64,000 nt of DNA from Hormiphora californensis (taxonomy: Eukaryota > Animalia > Ctenophora), in contig CM035358.1 in the NCBI GenBank assembly GCA_020137815.1, forward strand, positions 1,488,001-1,552,000, read 5' to 3'. The notes below the pieces were generated by a model. It ran no database searches. It saw nothing but the letters and a program-made list of their open reading frames with translations, and was not told the origin of the DNA. Both the position numbers and the translations under genes were made by a program. Positions 25,501 through 38,700 of the stretch are shown one piece after another. How positions within the stretch are numbered: the first letter of the stretch is position 1; every line of letters begins with the position of its first letter.

Positions 25501-27936
25501 GTTTGAAGCAATTTTTCTGGTGGTTTTGATTGTGTTGGGGAAGTCGAAATAAAAATAACATTTTTCTGTTTTCCCTAAATGTACGTTTGCCTGATCATCA
25601 TATCTCTGTATGTTGTGTTGTCATGGTTAATAGTAATTCTCTTTTCATCTCTCCCTCTACACCTCCCCTCTCTCTCATTCTCTCCCTCCCTCCCTCTCTC
25701 TGCTTCGAACTGTCACATGCAGGGGAGTGGTCACTAGGAGCAGTGTACAGTAAACATGCCGCTACTGTTACACACTAAAATATCTCTCTGTTAACTCTCT
25801 CTCTATTCATACTCTGTTTCTCTCTCTCTCTAAAATATTTCTTTCTTCACTGTCTCTCTGTTTCTCTTGCCCAGTTTCCCTGTATCATATCCATGAATAT
25901 TTTCACTAACGCTCCATATATAATATACACTCTTCTCTTCTAACCACTATAACTATCAATTCTAACCACCCATTTAAATTTATTCGCATATTTCTCCCCA
26001 AAACCACATACTATCCTTACCCTATAACTAAAATCATCACTCTTCCTTTTCCTCCCTCCCTAATCTCTAACGCCCTCCCCTTGTTCCCAGGTATACCTAG
26101 CAGAAAACTGGTGCACTGGAACCAAGGTGGCAATTAAAGTAATGGCCCAAACACGTATTAACCGGTATCTGGAGTTGAACGGAGAAAGGGTTCCTGCTGA
26201 GATTGCCCATTTAGCAAGGGTCTCACACCACTCTATTATTAAGGTAATACCCCGCCATCCACCCGAAATAGGACTCAATTTTATCAAAGAATAGCATTAT
26301 ACGTAGCCCTCCGGTCTCTTCTAAGTATTGCACACAGTTTCACCGAAATTCACTTCAGTATTATTCATTTCACATACCACACAGTAACATTCTCCCTACT
26401 CAGTCCTCTCTTTTTATGCACTAATAAATAACATTTCCGGGAAACTAACCCTCCTTTCCCTTTCTCAGTATTACACTCATTTCCGGGTATCGGGCGGATG
26501 GTGCTTGGTCATGGAATACCCAGCTGGCTTCATAGACCTCTTCGAGCTCATATGTGAACGGGGCTGTATGACAGAGCGACACACCAAACAGATCATCCGA
26601 CAGGTGGGTACAGTTATTTTCAAACATGATCTTATCTCTCCCTTGAGTCATTTTCCAGCGGCCTCATCTTTTATCTCTCCCTCTCCCCCACCCCAAATGA
26701 CCACATCCCCCTAAATACAGGTGCTAGAAGTGATCGAGCACTGTCTGGTAAACAAGGTAGACCACCGTGACATAAAGGACGAGAATATCCTGGTTGATCC
26801 AACCAACATGTGCATAAAACTTATTGATTTCGGATCCGCCTCCCAGTTGACAGAAAAAGCATACACCAGCTTCAGAGTGAGTTTCATCGACAATAGACTC
26901 GTAGTTTCTATTTGGTACTTCTTCATAAAGATATGTTTTACGGGGGTTTTACTCCTTCATAAACTGACCTGTCTCTCTTTCCCAGGGAACAGACGTATAT
27001 CTCCCACCCGAATGGTACACGAAACGGAGCTACAGTGCCCTCCCCGCCACATCATGGGCCATTGGATGTCTCATTTTCACTTGTCTCTCTGGAGATTCAC
27101 CCTTCGCTTCAAGAGAAGAAGTAAGTTTTGGCACAGTCCAACATTTCCGTGTTTTGCCTTTGATGTGACGATTCTTTCTTCTGGAATTTTCCTGGTCTGA
27201 TGTCATCCAAAATTCCTGCCCCCTAGCCGTGTCTCTCTTCTTTTCCGTCTCTGATCTAAGTTGTGCTAGGTCACGATTAAATTTGGATCGGATCCAAAGG
27301 ATGGGGGATCATATTAACCGTGAAATAGGAGACCCACGTCTTACAGATTCCTATCTTTGCTCTGTAGTAGCCCTGTACACAAATAAAACAGAGACTCGCT
27401 AGTGATATAAGGTCGAGTGTAGGGTTACTGAAGCCCGTGCCACGCCTAAATTTCCTTCTTATCCATTCTTCTTATCAGCTGCTCACCTTTCTAAAACCCT
27501 CCTAAAACTACTCGAATAATTTATTCGGTCCTGTCAGTTTAAAAAATCAGTGCTCCTACCCAAAAGGAAGACAAAAGAATCGTGTGCCGCCTCTATTGCA
27601 TATATAAATCCTCCTATGTCTCTCTCCTCATATTGCGATAACAAACGTCATACATCACCCGCGTCATACGCACTATCTCTTCTACTTATCTCACTCGCCG
27701 CTCAATTGCAACATCCCTCCCTCCTTCTCTCTCACTCCCGATTCCCACAATTGCAACATCTCTAACCCTCCCCCTTTTCTCAGGTGAAGAACACCCAGAT
27801 ACCCTGGCACAAACTGCCATCTGGCCTGTCCGCAGAGTGCCACAATCTCCTGAGACTGTGTCTACAGACGTCCACCAGACACCGTATAGATTTCAGTACA
27901 ATGGCAAACCATGGATGGTTCCGGTCAAGCGAATAA
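22576..27936 (+). CDS. PIM: PIM-family Ser/Thr protein kinase, about 298 aa, 6 exons
   Basis: Exons 22576-22740, 26091-26243, 26469-26603, 26721-26876, 26986-27120, 27784-27936, all phase 0. Motifs IGTGGYGKV, VAIK, VPAEI, MEYPAGFIDLFE, HRDIKDENIL, IDFGS, GTDVYLPPEW match PIM signatures. Confidence 0.93.
24361..24462. repeat. Intronic tandem repeat, about 19-bp unit
   Basis: aaaaccacccgataccatc about 5 times in PIM intron 1. Confidence 0.85.
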
Positions 27937-29874
27937 TGATCATTTAATAGCGGACTAAATAGGTTGAAAAGCAGTACAGCTAATGCAGTTCCCGCTGTTG
28001 TGCGTTGAGAGAGAGAGAGAGAAAGCAAGAGACGCGTCTCTGTGACTCTCTCTGAGAGTAAGAGATGTCTCTATTAATCTCTCAGGGAGAGAGCTCTCTT
28101 GCTTTTTTAAACAGCTGAGAGAAAGAATAGTTATTTAACTTGAAGCACAACAGCACACAATTTGCTGGTAACTTCATATTACTTGATTTGACAGGGTTTC
28201 TTCTTCAATGTGTATTGTATGTTGTATTGTTTATTATGTACCTGCACTGTGGAGAGAGTGGGTGGAGAGTTGTTCATTATACATACAACAACTTGAAACT
28301 CTCCATCCAGAGTTCTCTCCATGTGCAGTTCTGGGAGATACAGCGAGAGAGATAGTTCCGAAATATGTTCCGTATATATTAATAATATATTCCCATGAAA
28401 TAGCGTGTTTTTATAGCTATTTATATCAGTCACCTCGTATAATATATTCCGGGTAGTGTAATACAGTGTGAGTGTTGTGAGCAGAAGAGGCCTCTTTTTA
28501 CCGATTTTATTTCCACCCCACAGATATACATTTCCGAGAGTTTGATGAAAGAGAGAGTTCTTTAATATAATTCTCTCTCTTAAAGAGTTCTGACATTGTA
28601 GCGTGAGAAGGTAGTAATCATTATTGCAGCAGCAGTTTAGTAATTTCTCAGGGTGCGGGGCGCCATTAGTACATGGTATAGCACACCGTTAATTAACTAA
28701 TTTCTCAGTATAAGCGAAAGAAGTATATTTATTTATTTAACCAAAAGCGTTTCATCTCTTATATACGCACATTCTATTCTCTCTTTCTCGTTTAATATAT
28801 CTTGCTCTTTTGAAATTATGACGGGTAGGATTTAATAATGTCTTTAAAATTGTGAGAGTGAATGTGAGAGAAAGAGAGATGGGGGCCGAATTAAAACTCA
28901 TTTTAATAGAGTCGATACTAGGTATGTAAAAACGGTTATTGTACAAAATCTCAGATAGGTCTGACGGAAAGAAGGAGAGAAGATATCTTCTCGACAATGT
29001 GTGTGAGTCTGTGTAAGTCTCTATGTTTTTTGGGGATGTTAAGATTTGATAAACCACTATGATATAGGGCGGGGATTTATGTAAAATTGTCAGACTTAGT
29101 GACCACCCTATCTATAATACAACTATTATAATAGGGAGCTCTAGTTGGGTTAGGGCAGGGAAGAAGGGTCTCCTCCCTGTTCTTTCCCCTCTACTGTCTG
29201 ATGATATTACTGACATTTGACAACTTGTGTTTGTGCGTGTGTGCCTGTGTAATTTAGGAAGTCTTTATCAAACTCTTACCATACAAAAACCAAATGTGTT
29301 TAACTTTGCAATTTGTACTGGCTTGTAACCAGGGATTTGGGGTATAATCGTTAGGAATGGCTAGTTAGCAGATTTCGACCGATTCAAAAACCCCTCTACG
29401 ATAATTTGTTGATGCCGCGTAAGTGTGCAGACGGTCTCGAAAGAGATGACACGCTGTAGCGCTTTCCAGCGCTACTGCAATTGTAACTTACCCGCGCGGG
29501 GTCGGTAAACGCGCGTTGTTTGGAGTACTGCGCGAGGTAGACAAGTTGTGTGACCCCGCGCCCTCCGTCAATAATCATGTAACCGCTAATTTATTCCCAC
29601 GATCACCCAGCCAGCGTGCAGTTCGACCCTAAAATTAAATTCTTCAAATGGTGCAGATTTTCTGATAACTTACTGAACAGGACGGAGGTATGGTAGGTTA
29701 GATACAAACTCCAGATCGTCCCGGTAGATGGAGTAATCGTGATTATCAAACAATTGGGGTATCTGAAATGAATGGGTTGTGAGCTGCACCTCAATCATCT
29801 TGTGAATCCTTTATAGTCTTTGGGGTAGGTATCAATGCAACACGGAGCATCAAAAAGTAGCCCTGCAGCCGGCT

Positions 29875-30596
29875 ATTCGATTAAAACCCAACTCCTCTGG
29901 CCTCTCACCTCCTTTCTGAGGTTGCTGTACATATATGACAGTGCCAGGGCTTTCTTTTGGTCATTCTGCTCCCCACCAGGGCCTATATCGCTGGAAAACA
30001 GAAACGTACTTTCCTGAAGAATATGGGTGGATTTACTAAATTGTTCTAGATTGATTTATCGTACATGCATAGGTAAGTCTATACAAGGATTAACGCCAGT
30101 ATTAAAATTGTTTTTTATATGTAGACACCACAGCCAATTTAAAAGAATGTACAACAAAGAAATGTACCTACTCTCTGACTATGCACACTAAATAAAATTG
30201 TACAAAAACCGAGCATGGTCATGATAGTACCATCAATAACGTTTCATCATTTAATTCAATCATTTCCATGGTTCGAGCAGCATGTTTACCTTAGCCTTTA
30301 GACTCTGTTGATAGAGGGAGACGCGGGGATTTTGTAACATTAGTGGATCCTCAGTAGGGCTCATTTCACCACTCTGTAGTATGGAAAACAAAGATAAGCC
30401 TACAAATAAAATGTGGGCATTTTCTGCTACAAGAGTTCCCCAAAATAATCCTTGGTAAGTCAAAAGAACATACCTTGATGATGGTTGGTTCCAATTTAGT
30501 AAAGAATATGTGAGGGGAAGGTGTGGTGGGGGTGATAGAGCATCGTGCCAAGTTCCTACAAGACACGTGTTTCGCCAGCCGGTTGTATCTTGACAT
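29875..30596 (-). CDS. Possible small 3-exon gene of unknown function
   Basis: Acceptor then ATG at 30596; exon 30474-30596 (MSRYNRLAKHVSCRNLARCS...IIK), exon 30290-30399 (needs one extra A in an A run to stay open), exon starting 30013 (ESTFLFSSDIGPGGEQNDQKKALALSY...). 3' end uncertain. Confidence 0.35.
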
Positions 30597-30905
30597 AGTT
30601 CCTAGATAGAGACTAGAGAGAGGGTAGAACAAAGAATGGGTAGTTGGATCGAGACTCGAGAGGGGGTGTAAAAATAACATATCGGAATAATAGGGATGCT
30701 GAATAAATATAGTATTTACATGTCATAATTTATATGGTATAAATTGAATAAAAACACTGCTCTATATGTACAAAGTGACGTCATGACTCATGCAATCCAG
30801 TGAATTAACATTCGCTATGATCAAATTATAATATTCGTCAAATCATTCTGAATTGCTCCTTTTTCTCGCATTCCTTATTTCTCTGTCATTCCTTTTTTTC
30901 TTCTC

Positions 30906-32222
30906 TCATTCCTGGTAGGAGGGAAAGTAACACAGACAATAGTGATAATCCCCCTTCAGTGCGAGACAGTTTCCCTTTGGAGCCCAGTGAACACTCCGTA
31001 CCGGCCCCAACTCCCCCGCGCCATTAAGGGTGGAACAATTGGGTACCTTAACCGCCAACACCCCCTCACAACTCCACAAATACACATGATCACCATTTGT
31101 TGTCGCAGCAAGTGTCTCAACACCTTCCCTACCACAACTCCAATCCATACCTATAACGGGTGCTAGGAACCACACTACCGCACAGAGGGAGAGAGTAGAT
31201 ATATCCCAGACCCAAATGAGGTGAGGTGATGAATCGGACCGGGTAGCCAAGTACCGACCACTCGGGCTAAACCTCACCAACCCAACTCCAACCAAAATAT
31301 ACTTATCCTCGTGATTACCTTTGACAACAGGCGGGGTAACAGGATCTGTAACGATTGCAAACCTACTTCCACTGTCACTCTTCTCCTCCTTGTATGTCAC
31401 CGTCTTCTCCACCACAATATCCTCTGGAGCTTGTTTCAGTGTTCCCAGTATACTCCAAGATACACTGTTAACCAGTTTACAAGTTCCATCATAGCAGCCC
31501 AGTGCTACAAACTGTTCAGTAGGGCTCTGTTGTACACACTTGATACCCAGCCCAGTGGGGTAGAGAGTCCCATGTGTAACACAGTCTCCAGAGAGAGTGT
31601 AGACAAAATACTGTGGGTTGAACCTGGAATCACAAACAAGGACGTGGTTGTTGACAACGTGACATGATGCTGCTTCTTCCGTTCCGATTGTAAAGTTGGA
31701 AATTAATTTCCAGTCTTTGTAGTCGAACACACTGATACTCTCCTGTTTTTCCCGTCGCTCAAGGACGATAGCTTGGCCCTTGTGAAATACACATCCACTG
31801 CTTTTCAGGATCGGATTCTGGATGTAACTGACTCGTTTCTGGTGGAGCGACCAGACATTGATTCGAACTCCAAACTCGCACCAAGTTAGCACTTGTTTGG
31901 AGTCTGGGCACCACAGGGCATCAGCTAACCCGGAGGATCCTTCGTCTAGTTTAGAGAGGCATTTTGAGTCAAAAAGACTCCACAGTTGGGATATTCCCCG
32001 TTTGTGACAGCAAGTCAGGACCATTTTAGAGTTGGGCGACCACGCTATTTGATCAATTGAGTCGATACATGTTAAAACTGTGACAATCTGGAGCGTCTCG
32101 AACTCTCGGATAACCAGACGAAACTGAGATGCGTTAGCGATGAAGCGGCTGTTTGGAGAGAATGAACATTGGTTCTTTGTCAGCTTGAAGGTTTCTGAGA
32201 GATTTATTCCACCTTGAACCAT
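30906..32222 (-). CDS. WRAP73: WD40-repeat protein WRAP73/WDR8 (centriolar satellite/ciliogenesis), intronless CDS, 438 aa
   Basis: SETFK...CSFSPNSRFIA...RLVIREFETLQIV...CIDSIDQIAWSPNS...DEGSSGL...W.PDS, SPTEQFVALGCYD and FSPSGRYLATRSDSSPHLIWVWD match my recollection of WRAP73. Confidence 0.9.
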   Translation of the reverse strand: MVQGGINLSETFKLTKNQCSFSPNSRFIANASQFRLVIREFETLQIVTVLTCIDSIDQIAWSPNSKMVLTCCHKRGISQLWSLFDSKCLSKLDEGSSGLADALWCPDSKQVLTWCEFGVRINVWSLHQKRVSYIQNPILKSSGCVFHKGQAIVLERREKQESISVFDYKDWKLISNFTIGTEEAASCHVVNNHVLVCDSRFNPQYFVYTLSGDCVTHGTLYPTGLGIKCVQQSPTEQFVALGCYDGTCKLVNSVSWSILGTLKQAPEDIVVEKTVTYKEEKSDSGSRFAIVTDPVTPPVVKGNHEDKYILVGVGLVRFSPSGRYLATRSDSSPHLIWVWDISTLSLCAVVWFLAPVIGMDWSCGREGVETLAATTNGDHVYLWSCEGVLAVKVPNCSTLNGAGELGPVRSVHWAPKGNCLALKGDYHYCLCYFPSYQE

Positions 32223-32427
32223 GATCTGTATCTAAAATTAGAAATTATTAAAACGATATCGTTCAAAAGTCAAAATAAATTATAAGCTCTTGTCCATTTC
32301 GAAAATGTGCTAACTATTACCGTAGTACTCCGTTATCAGTTAGCGTTGTTTGCGTTCGGTTTATGCGTCGTTTGACCGCCTGCAAAGACTCATTGTACAC
32401 TATCAAGACGGAGCACCATATAATGGA

Positions 32428-32802
32428 ATTTTGAGGCACTCATTGCGGCCGTCAACGTATAAACTATAACAGTATTGGAAACTGATGTCGGTTTCCAGGT
32501 CCCGGCTACCTCTAGCAGTACTGGCACTACTGCACACTGTGCACACTGTGCACAGTGCACACGGCGCCTACTTTCAATGCAATTTAAATCGAAATTCGGT
32601 CACGTGATCGTAGATATCGCGTGCAGCATGGTTCACCAGGAGTGTCCCAGCTGAAAATTGGCGTCAGTTTCCAACCTGATGTCAGTTTCCAAATTGTAAC
32701 TGGACTCTGGAGCGTAGTGAGAGTGGCACGTTCGGCAACAGCGGACCCCGACCCACCAGTGACCAGCCACCACCCACCCTAAACAAATTGACCAAGGAAG
32801 AT
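32428..32802. repeat. 375-bp direct repeat, copy 1
   Basis: Reads identical to 34768-35142 (offset 2340). Confidence 0.95.
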
Positions 32803-33671
32803 TTTTTTCTGACACGCAAAAAAATAGCACGGCTCTCTCCCTCTCTAGTCCCGTCTTCTCCTCTATTGAGAGGATAATTGATTGTGACAGAAAGAAGAGA
32901 TAGAGTGCCCATTTCATGAGAGAGAAACTAGAGAGAGAAATCAACCGATCCTCTCTTGAATGCCCCGTGTATATATTGTTATCAGTTTCACAACTCTCCC
33001 ACTGCACTGAGTCCGGCTTCTTTTCGGAGAGTAAGACTGGGGATGTACGTGAGAGAAACTGCTCGCGACCATCAGAACCGCCAGCTGTACATAAAAACGC
33101 GGAGTTTAGTCTCCTATCTTGTCATGATCGGCACCCAAATGCACATAGTACGCAGCAACGGGCAGATAAAATCTCACTTACTTCTGTCCCCGCCCTTTTA
33201 AAATGTGGTGGTAACACTTATTTAAAAGCTTGTCGGTTACAATTACTACCTCCTCTCGGATGTCAAAAGCAGACATAATCTCACTTTGTATTATATATGA
33301 TGCTCAATCAATGCAAATAACATACGACAGATAATGTGTAGCAAGGGATCAGGGATCGAACAGTGTCTGAGAGTCACCCTAACCACCATGGATGTCGAGG
33401 CACGAATAGACTGAATTACCGCTGTTGTTGAGGTTGTCGAGGCTGGTGGCGTGGACGCTGGTGGCGTGGACGCTGCCGTGGATGATGTCAATGCAAGAGG
33501 AGTATTTCCCAAAACAACGAACTGAAGTTGCCCTTTCGCGACGATTTCTTTCCAGTTTTCCGCTGAACGGGGGTTTTCCGGCCTGAAGAGAGATTTGAGC
33601 GTTAAATTATACTGTCAGCGGAAGGAAGGAAGGAAGGAAGGAAGGTAGGGGAAACCATAACCATAGCCATA

Positions 33672-33903
33672 ACCGAACATGTGCCTCGTGCCCATTACCC
33701 ATATCAGGAGTTGATAAAGATATTGAAACCACAAATAATGGTGTGAATTCAATTTGCTAGTCTTACCCATAAGGACATGAATGAGAACCCCAATTTTTTT
33801 GAGGAACACCTTTATCAAATTTACCCCGAAAACCACAAAGTTTACAAGAAAAGAGTCTCATAGAGATCGAATTGAGAGAAATGGGAACTAGGTACATGTT
33901 CGG
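33672..33903. mobile_element. Small element with imperfect inverted repeats next to a (GGAA)n tract
   Basis: ccgaacatgtgcctcgtgcccatt ... aatgggaactaggtacatgttcgg; (ggaa)n at about 33619-33645. Confidence 0.5.
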
Positions 33904-34767
33904 TGACGTAGTGCTAATTGGGTTATCTTAATAAAATTAACACGCGCGAACCGCGCACACCAGGAATGCGGCGCTTTTAAATTGAAAAAAAAAAGGACTG
34001 AAAAATTGAAAAATAAAGGCGTTTTAACTTTTTTTTGACGTGGCGCGCGCACGATTTACAGCGCATGTCAAACAAGAAAAGCGACTGCGCGTTTAGTTTT
34101 TGCGCGTTCGCGTGATCTTGCGCCGCCGCGCGAGCTTTACTTATATATCTGGCATGGCCGCCGACAACCACTTTACTTCGAACACACAACAATCATAGTT
34201 GAAAGGCGCTGCCTTATCCCACCGTGCGTAGACGGTAGAGCTATCAGCGTTTGCCAACAATCATAGCTTGGTGAACGGTGGGCTATGTAAAGCTAAGCTA
34301 AAACGACGCTTGCTGTGCGCAACGGACATAGCTCCAACCCTGATAAGATAGATATCATGTCGAGTGAAGCTACGACCGTGGAAAGTTTCGAAAAAGGGTC
34401 GTTTTAGTTTGGGCTTTGCTTTAATTAAAGTGGACTATATAATAAAAGAATTTAATTTGAATAAAAGAATTAGGAATTTATTAAGCATATACAATTCACA
34501 ATCACAATCCACAACACACTTCTCGTTAATATGTTACTGCATGCAAGCCGCAAGGAAGAGAGCATATCTTCTCATAACATCAGCCTCAGCCAGTTCTCAC
34601 CCATGAAATTGAAACAACCTGCAAGGGATAAAACAAAGATTAATTAATTAATTAATTAATTGATAATTGATTTATTAATTATTCACATTTATTTTAAAAA
34701 AATTACGAAAAGTCACAAGTCCAAAAAAATCAGGCTCCAAGTCGAGTCCCAGACTTTTGGGTTAGGG

Positions 34768-35142
34768 ATTTTGAGGCACTCATTGCGGCCGTCAACGTAT
34801 AAACTATAACAGTATTGGAAACTGATGTCGGTTTCCAGGTCCCGGCTACCTCTAGCAGTACTGGCACTACTGCACACTGTGCACACTGTGCACAGTGCAC
34901 ACGGCGCCTACTTTCAATGCAATTTAAATCGAAATTCGGTCACGTGATCGTAGATATCGCGTGCAGCATGGTTCACCAGGAGTGTCCCAGCTGAAAATTG
35001 GCGTCAGTTTCCAACCTGATGTCAGTTTCCAAATTGTAACTGGACTCTGGAGCGTAGTGAGAGTGGCACGTTCGGCAACAGCGGACCCCGACCCACCAGT
35101 GACCAGCCACCACCCACCCTAAACAAATTGACCAAGGAAGAT
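34768..35142. repeat. 375-bp direct repeat, copy 2
   Basis: Reads identical to 32428-32802. Confidence 0.95.
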
Positions 35143-35723
35143 CAATCCGACTTGAAAGTACGCTCTCTATACTTTGTGCGAACAAGCATCAGGTGTTGAG
35201 CGTTAATGTACAGACTACAAGGCTAAAAAGAGTGAAAAATCAAAACTTAAAAAGTTTGGATCTGAAAAATCAAAATTAAAAATCGAATTTTTCGAAATAA
35301 AAGTCATCATAACGCGCCATAGTGAACCTTTTTTGCGCGGCGCTGTATTTGCGCGTGACAAATTTTCAGCCAAAAAGTTGGATCAAAATGATTGAGATCA
35401 AATCAAAGCCCAAACATGCAACTCAGGCCATAACCATTGAGTTGAATTCAGTGCTGAGACGATACAAGTACAACTGGGAGTGGGATCCAACTACATAACA
35501 CTGGTACAAGTACAAGTTTCAAAATCATTCACTTTAAATTGGGTAAAGAATTGAACAAAATATAGACAAATTCATTTTCATCACCAAAACACGTGTTATA
35601 TATGACACGTGGCACTATATTCAGTCATTTATCTCGTGGAACCAGCCACATATTGCATGCAATTATGGCAATACATCAGTAAATAACAATAGCTCGGAAA
35701 AATAACACCCAGAAAACAAAAAA

Positions 35724-38700
35724 CTAAAATTGTTTCTTGATAAGTTTCTCTAACTTCCTAATCCTACTGGAGTCCTGATCTCCCACCTCCTCAACAACAC
35801 TCCCTCCCCCTCCTACTGTGCTATTAGTTGCCTTCCTAAATAGTTCTATCAGCTCCATCTGCTCAGTCCTCTTGAATCCCTTCATTTCCAACACTTTCTG
35901 GAAATCAGCCGGGTCTTTGTCGTTCAGGAGATTCGTATAACTCTCCACAAAAGCGTGATGGGATTCCGAGGGAGCCATGACAAGTTTCAGAATCATTTCC
36001 GCCCTCACCATCCCCTGACTAACGACCTTGGTGTAACTAGGAGAGGGTTTCCTGGCGACTGCACTCCCCAGAGTTGGTAGTTGGAGAAGGATGGTTTTCA
36101 GGGAGTGGGTGTCAAGTAACAACTGCTCAGCGCCCACAGTGCTCACAGGCTTACATTTGAAAATCTGGGTAATGTACCGGGGTATGAAACTATCAGCGAA
36201 CTTGAGGCAGTAGTTGGTGAAATATTTCCGAGAGTTAGCTAGGAGATCTCGAACTATAGGGATGGTGGAGGTGAGGTGAGAAGTAATGGCGGTGGTGTAG
36301 GCGCTCTGATCTCCCACCGAATCCAAAGTAGACCAGTTGACCTTTAGCATGGCTGCAAAGGCGGGCTCGCACTGGGAGTCCAGCTGTCCAACTAGCTCCT
36401 GGGAGGGGTGGTGGGGTTAGATGAGATGGGTGTAGACTTTAGAATATAATGTCTTTAGGAGAGGGGTGATGGGGTTCGGGATAAAAACTCAGCGTTGAAT
36501 TGTCAAGGACCTGCATTTTTAAGAGCCAGGCAATATTATCTAACCTGTAGGCAGGTGGTAATAGTGTTTGAGAATAGCTCCATCTCCGCAGTAAATGTTA
36601 TCTGTTCTGCGTACACCTCCTGTGCTTTCTCCTGTAATTATTTATTGAGTAATTATCAAGACGTAATGGTTAACTTATCAAGTAGTAATATAGGCTCACG
36701 ATGGAGAATTGGAGAAAGGAACTAAGAACCAAGTGGTTAGAACCAAGTGGTTAGATACCTTGATTTTGTCCTCTAGTTGCTGGGTGGTTTCTAGACAGTA
36801 CTCAGCAGTACACAACACCATAATGATAACTATCACATCTGACCCTTTCTCTCTCTCCTTCAACAGTGATCCAAATCCTAGAAGGATTTTTTGATAAATA
36901 ATTACTTCCCAGTTCCCTTTACTACTTACTTACAAGTTACATTTGCCAAGCTATGAGCAATTACGTACCCGTATAACCAGCCGAATTACAAATTTTAGTT
37001 CATTACCTGCTGATTTGCTGGGTAGGCTCGCCATAAGAAGGTTAGAATGGTAGGCTCTGAGGTGTTTCTTGAACACTGCCGTCAGTTCCACTAATGCTTG
37101 TCCCTGCAAAAATTAAGCAATTAGAGAAGGAGAGTTTGTGAACTTAATCAGCCAATTATAGAGGGAGTTCGTGAACTTTATCACCTAATTATAAAGGCGC
37201 GGGAGTTAGACAACTAACCTGTGATAGTTGGGAGCACTGAACCAGGCACTTCTTGTAAAACACAAACAGGTCAGAGGAGGAGGGTAACAAGTGGTGCTGG
37301 GTCCCCTGACTGGTATGGTGGAATACCCGTCCCCTCTCTCAGTTCCCCGGCAAACTTTCTCGATAAGCTCACTCAGATTAGTGTCCTGGGACTCGATATA
37401 CACATTTAGATAGGGCTCAAAACACTGTGAGATGGCGTTGTGAAATGTAGCCTGTTTCTTCTCCGTCCCCTCTCCTTCTTCTTCCCCCTCTGTTTCTTCT
37501 TCTCCCGGGACATCCTGGTCGAATCTCTCCAGGAGGAGTTTCTCAAATGCTTGTGTTTTTTGGACAGCGTACAAAAGAAGCTTCACGTCTAACTCGTTCA
37601 CTCTGTTTTTCATCTGTTTTTCTAACATCTTACGAGTCACCTAGAAACAAGAGATTTGAGGGATTGAGTATTGAGGGACGTACGTATCAGAGATATCAAC
37701 TTTCCAGGAGACAGTCAGATAGACAGACATGACTCACTAAAGTCTACTGACTATCTGAACCATCCAGCTGAAAAAGATATATCCCCTCCGATATAGGATC
37801 CTACCTTGCAGAACTCAGTTGCAATTACAGAAGGCATTCCCCAGGATTCAGGGAAGGTCCTAGCACAATCTTCTTCGTACTCCAGGAAACACCGCTTCAA
37901 CCACGCATACCTGGGGAGCAGGGGGGATGTTGCTGTGTGAACCCTTACCACCTACTGAAACACACTTAAAAAGGGACAGGGGAATGAATAATGAATGGAT
38001 AAATCCCCTATCTCTTTCCGCATTCCCCAATATATATATATATATATGGAAAATGTTTTGTAGTTTACATAGAATATACAATATATCGAGCCAGCCCTAC
38101 CTTCTATCACACTTGTCCAACCAGCTAACATCATCATATTCCCTAAACAGTGATTTGTAGTCCGCTAACTGTCTATCAATGAACCAGTTAATCAGATCCT
38201 CCCTGACTCGAGGCTGGAGGGTATCTACCACTAGGCAAGCCTCTGCTAGTTCTGGCTGGCAGTTTAGTTTGCACTCGTATAGAGAATGGGCCTCCTCAAA
38301 ATCGGACCTGCAGGGTGAGGGAGGGGATCAGGAACCGACCGAATCAGAAAATACTGGTCCCTGATTGGCTGATAACCAGTCACGTGACCTAAATAACGAG
38401 TTCTGATTGGTCGTTTACTTGTGTCGGTCGGTTCCTTGAGGGGATCATGACTAAGCTGGGAGAGGATCGATATTTGATAATGTATATTTGACGTCCCTAC
38501 GTGAGTATGTTGCTAAGGGAACGCTACAAAAACATGGTTGTTTGACTCATCGACCATGAAAAAAAGAGACGATGATAAATTGTTTCCCCACCTACCTGAT
38601 TTGTGCGGCCAGGTCTTTCAGCAGTTTGTCAAGTCTCTCAGATAGATCCCTGATCTGGGGTATTTCCTTATAAGGAGTGAAGTGGTGCATCACGTAGGTA

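Noticed and set aside
32428-35142. Canonical LTR retrotransposon
   Set aside because: No gag/pol, and no clear TG...CA boundaries, PBS or TSD seen.
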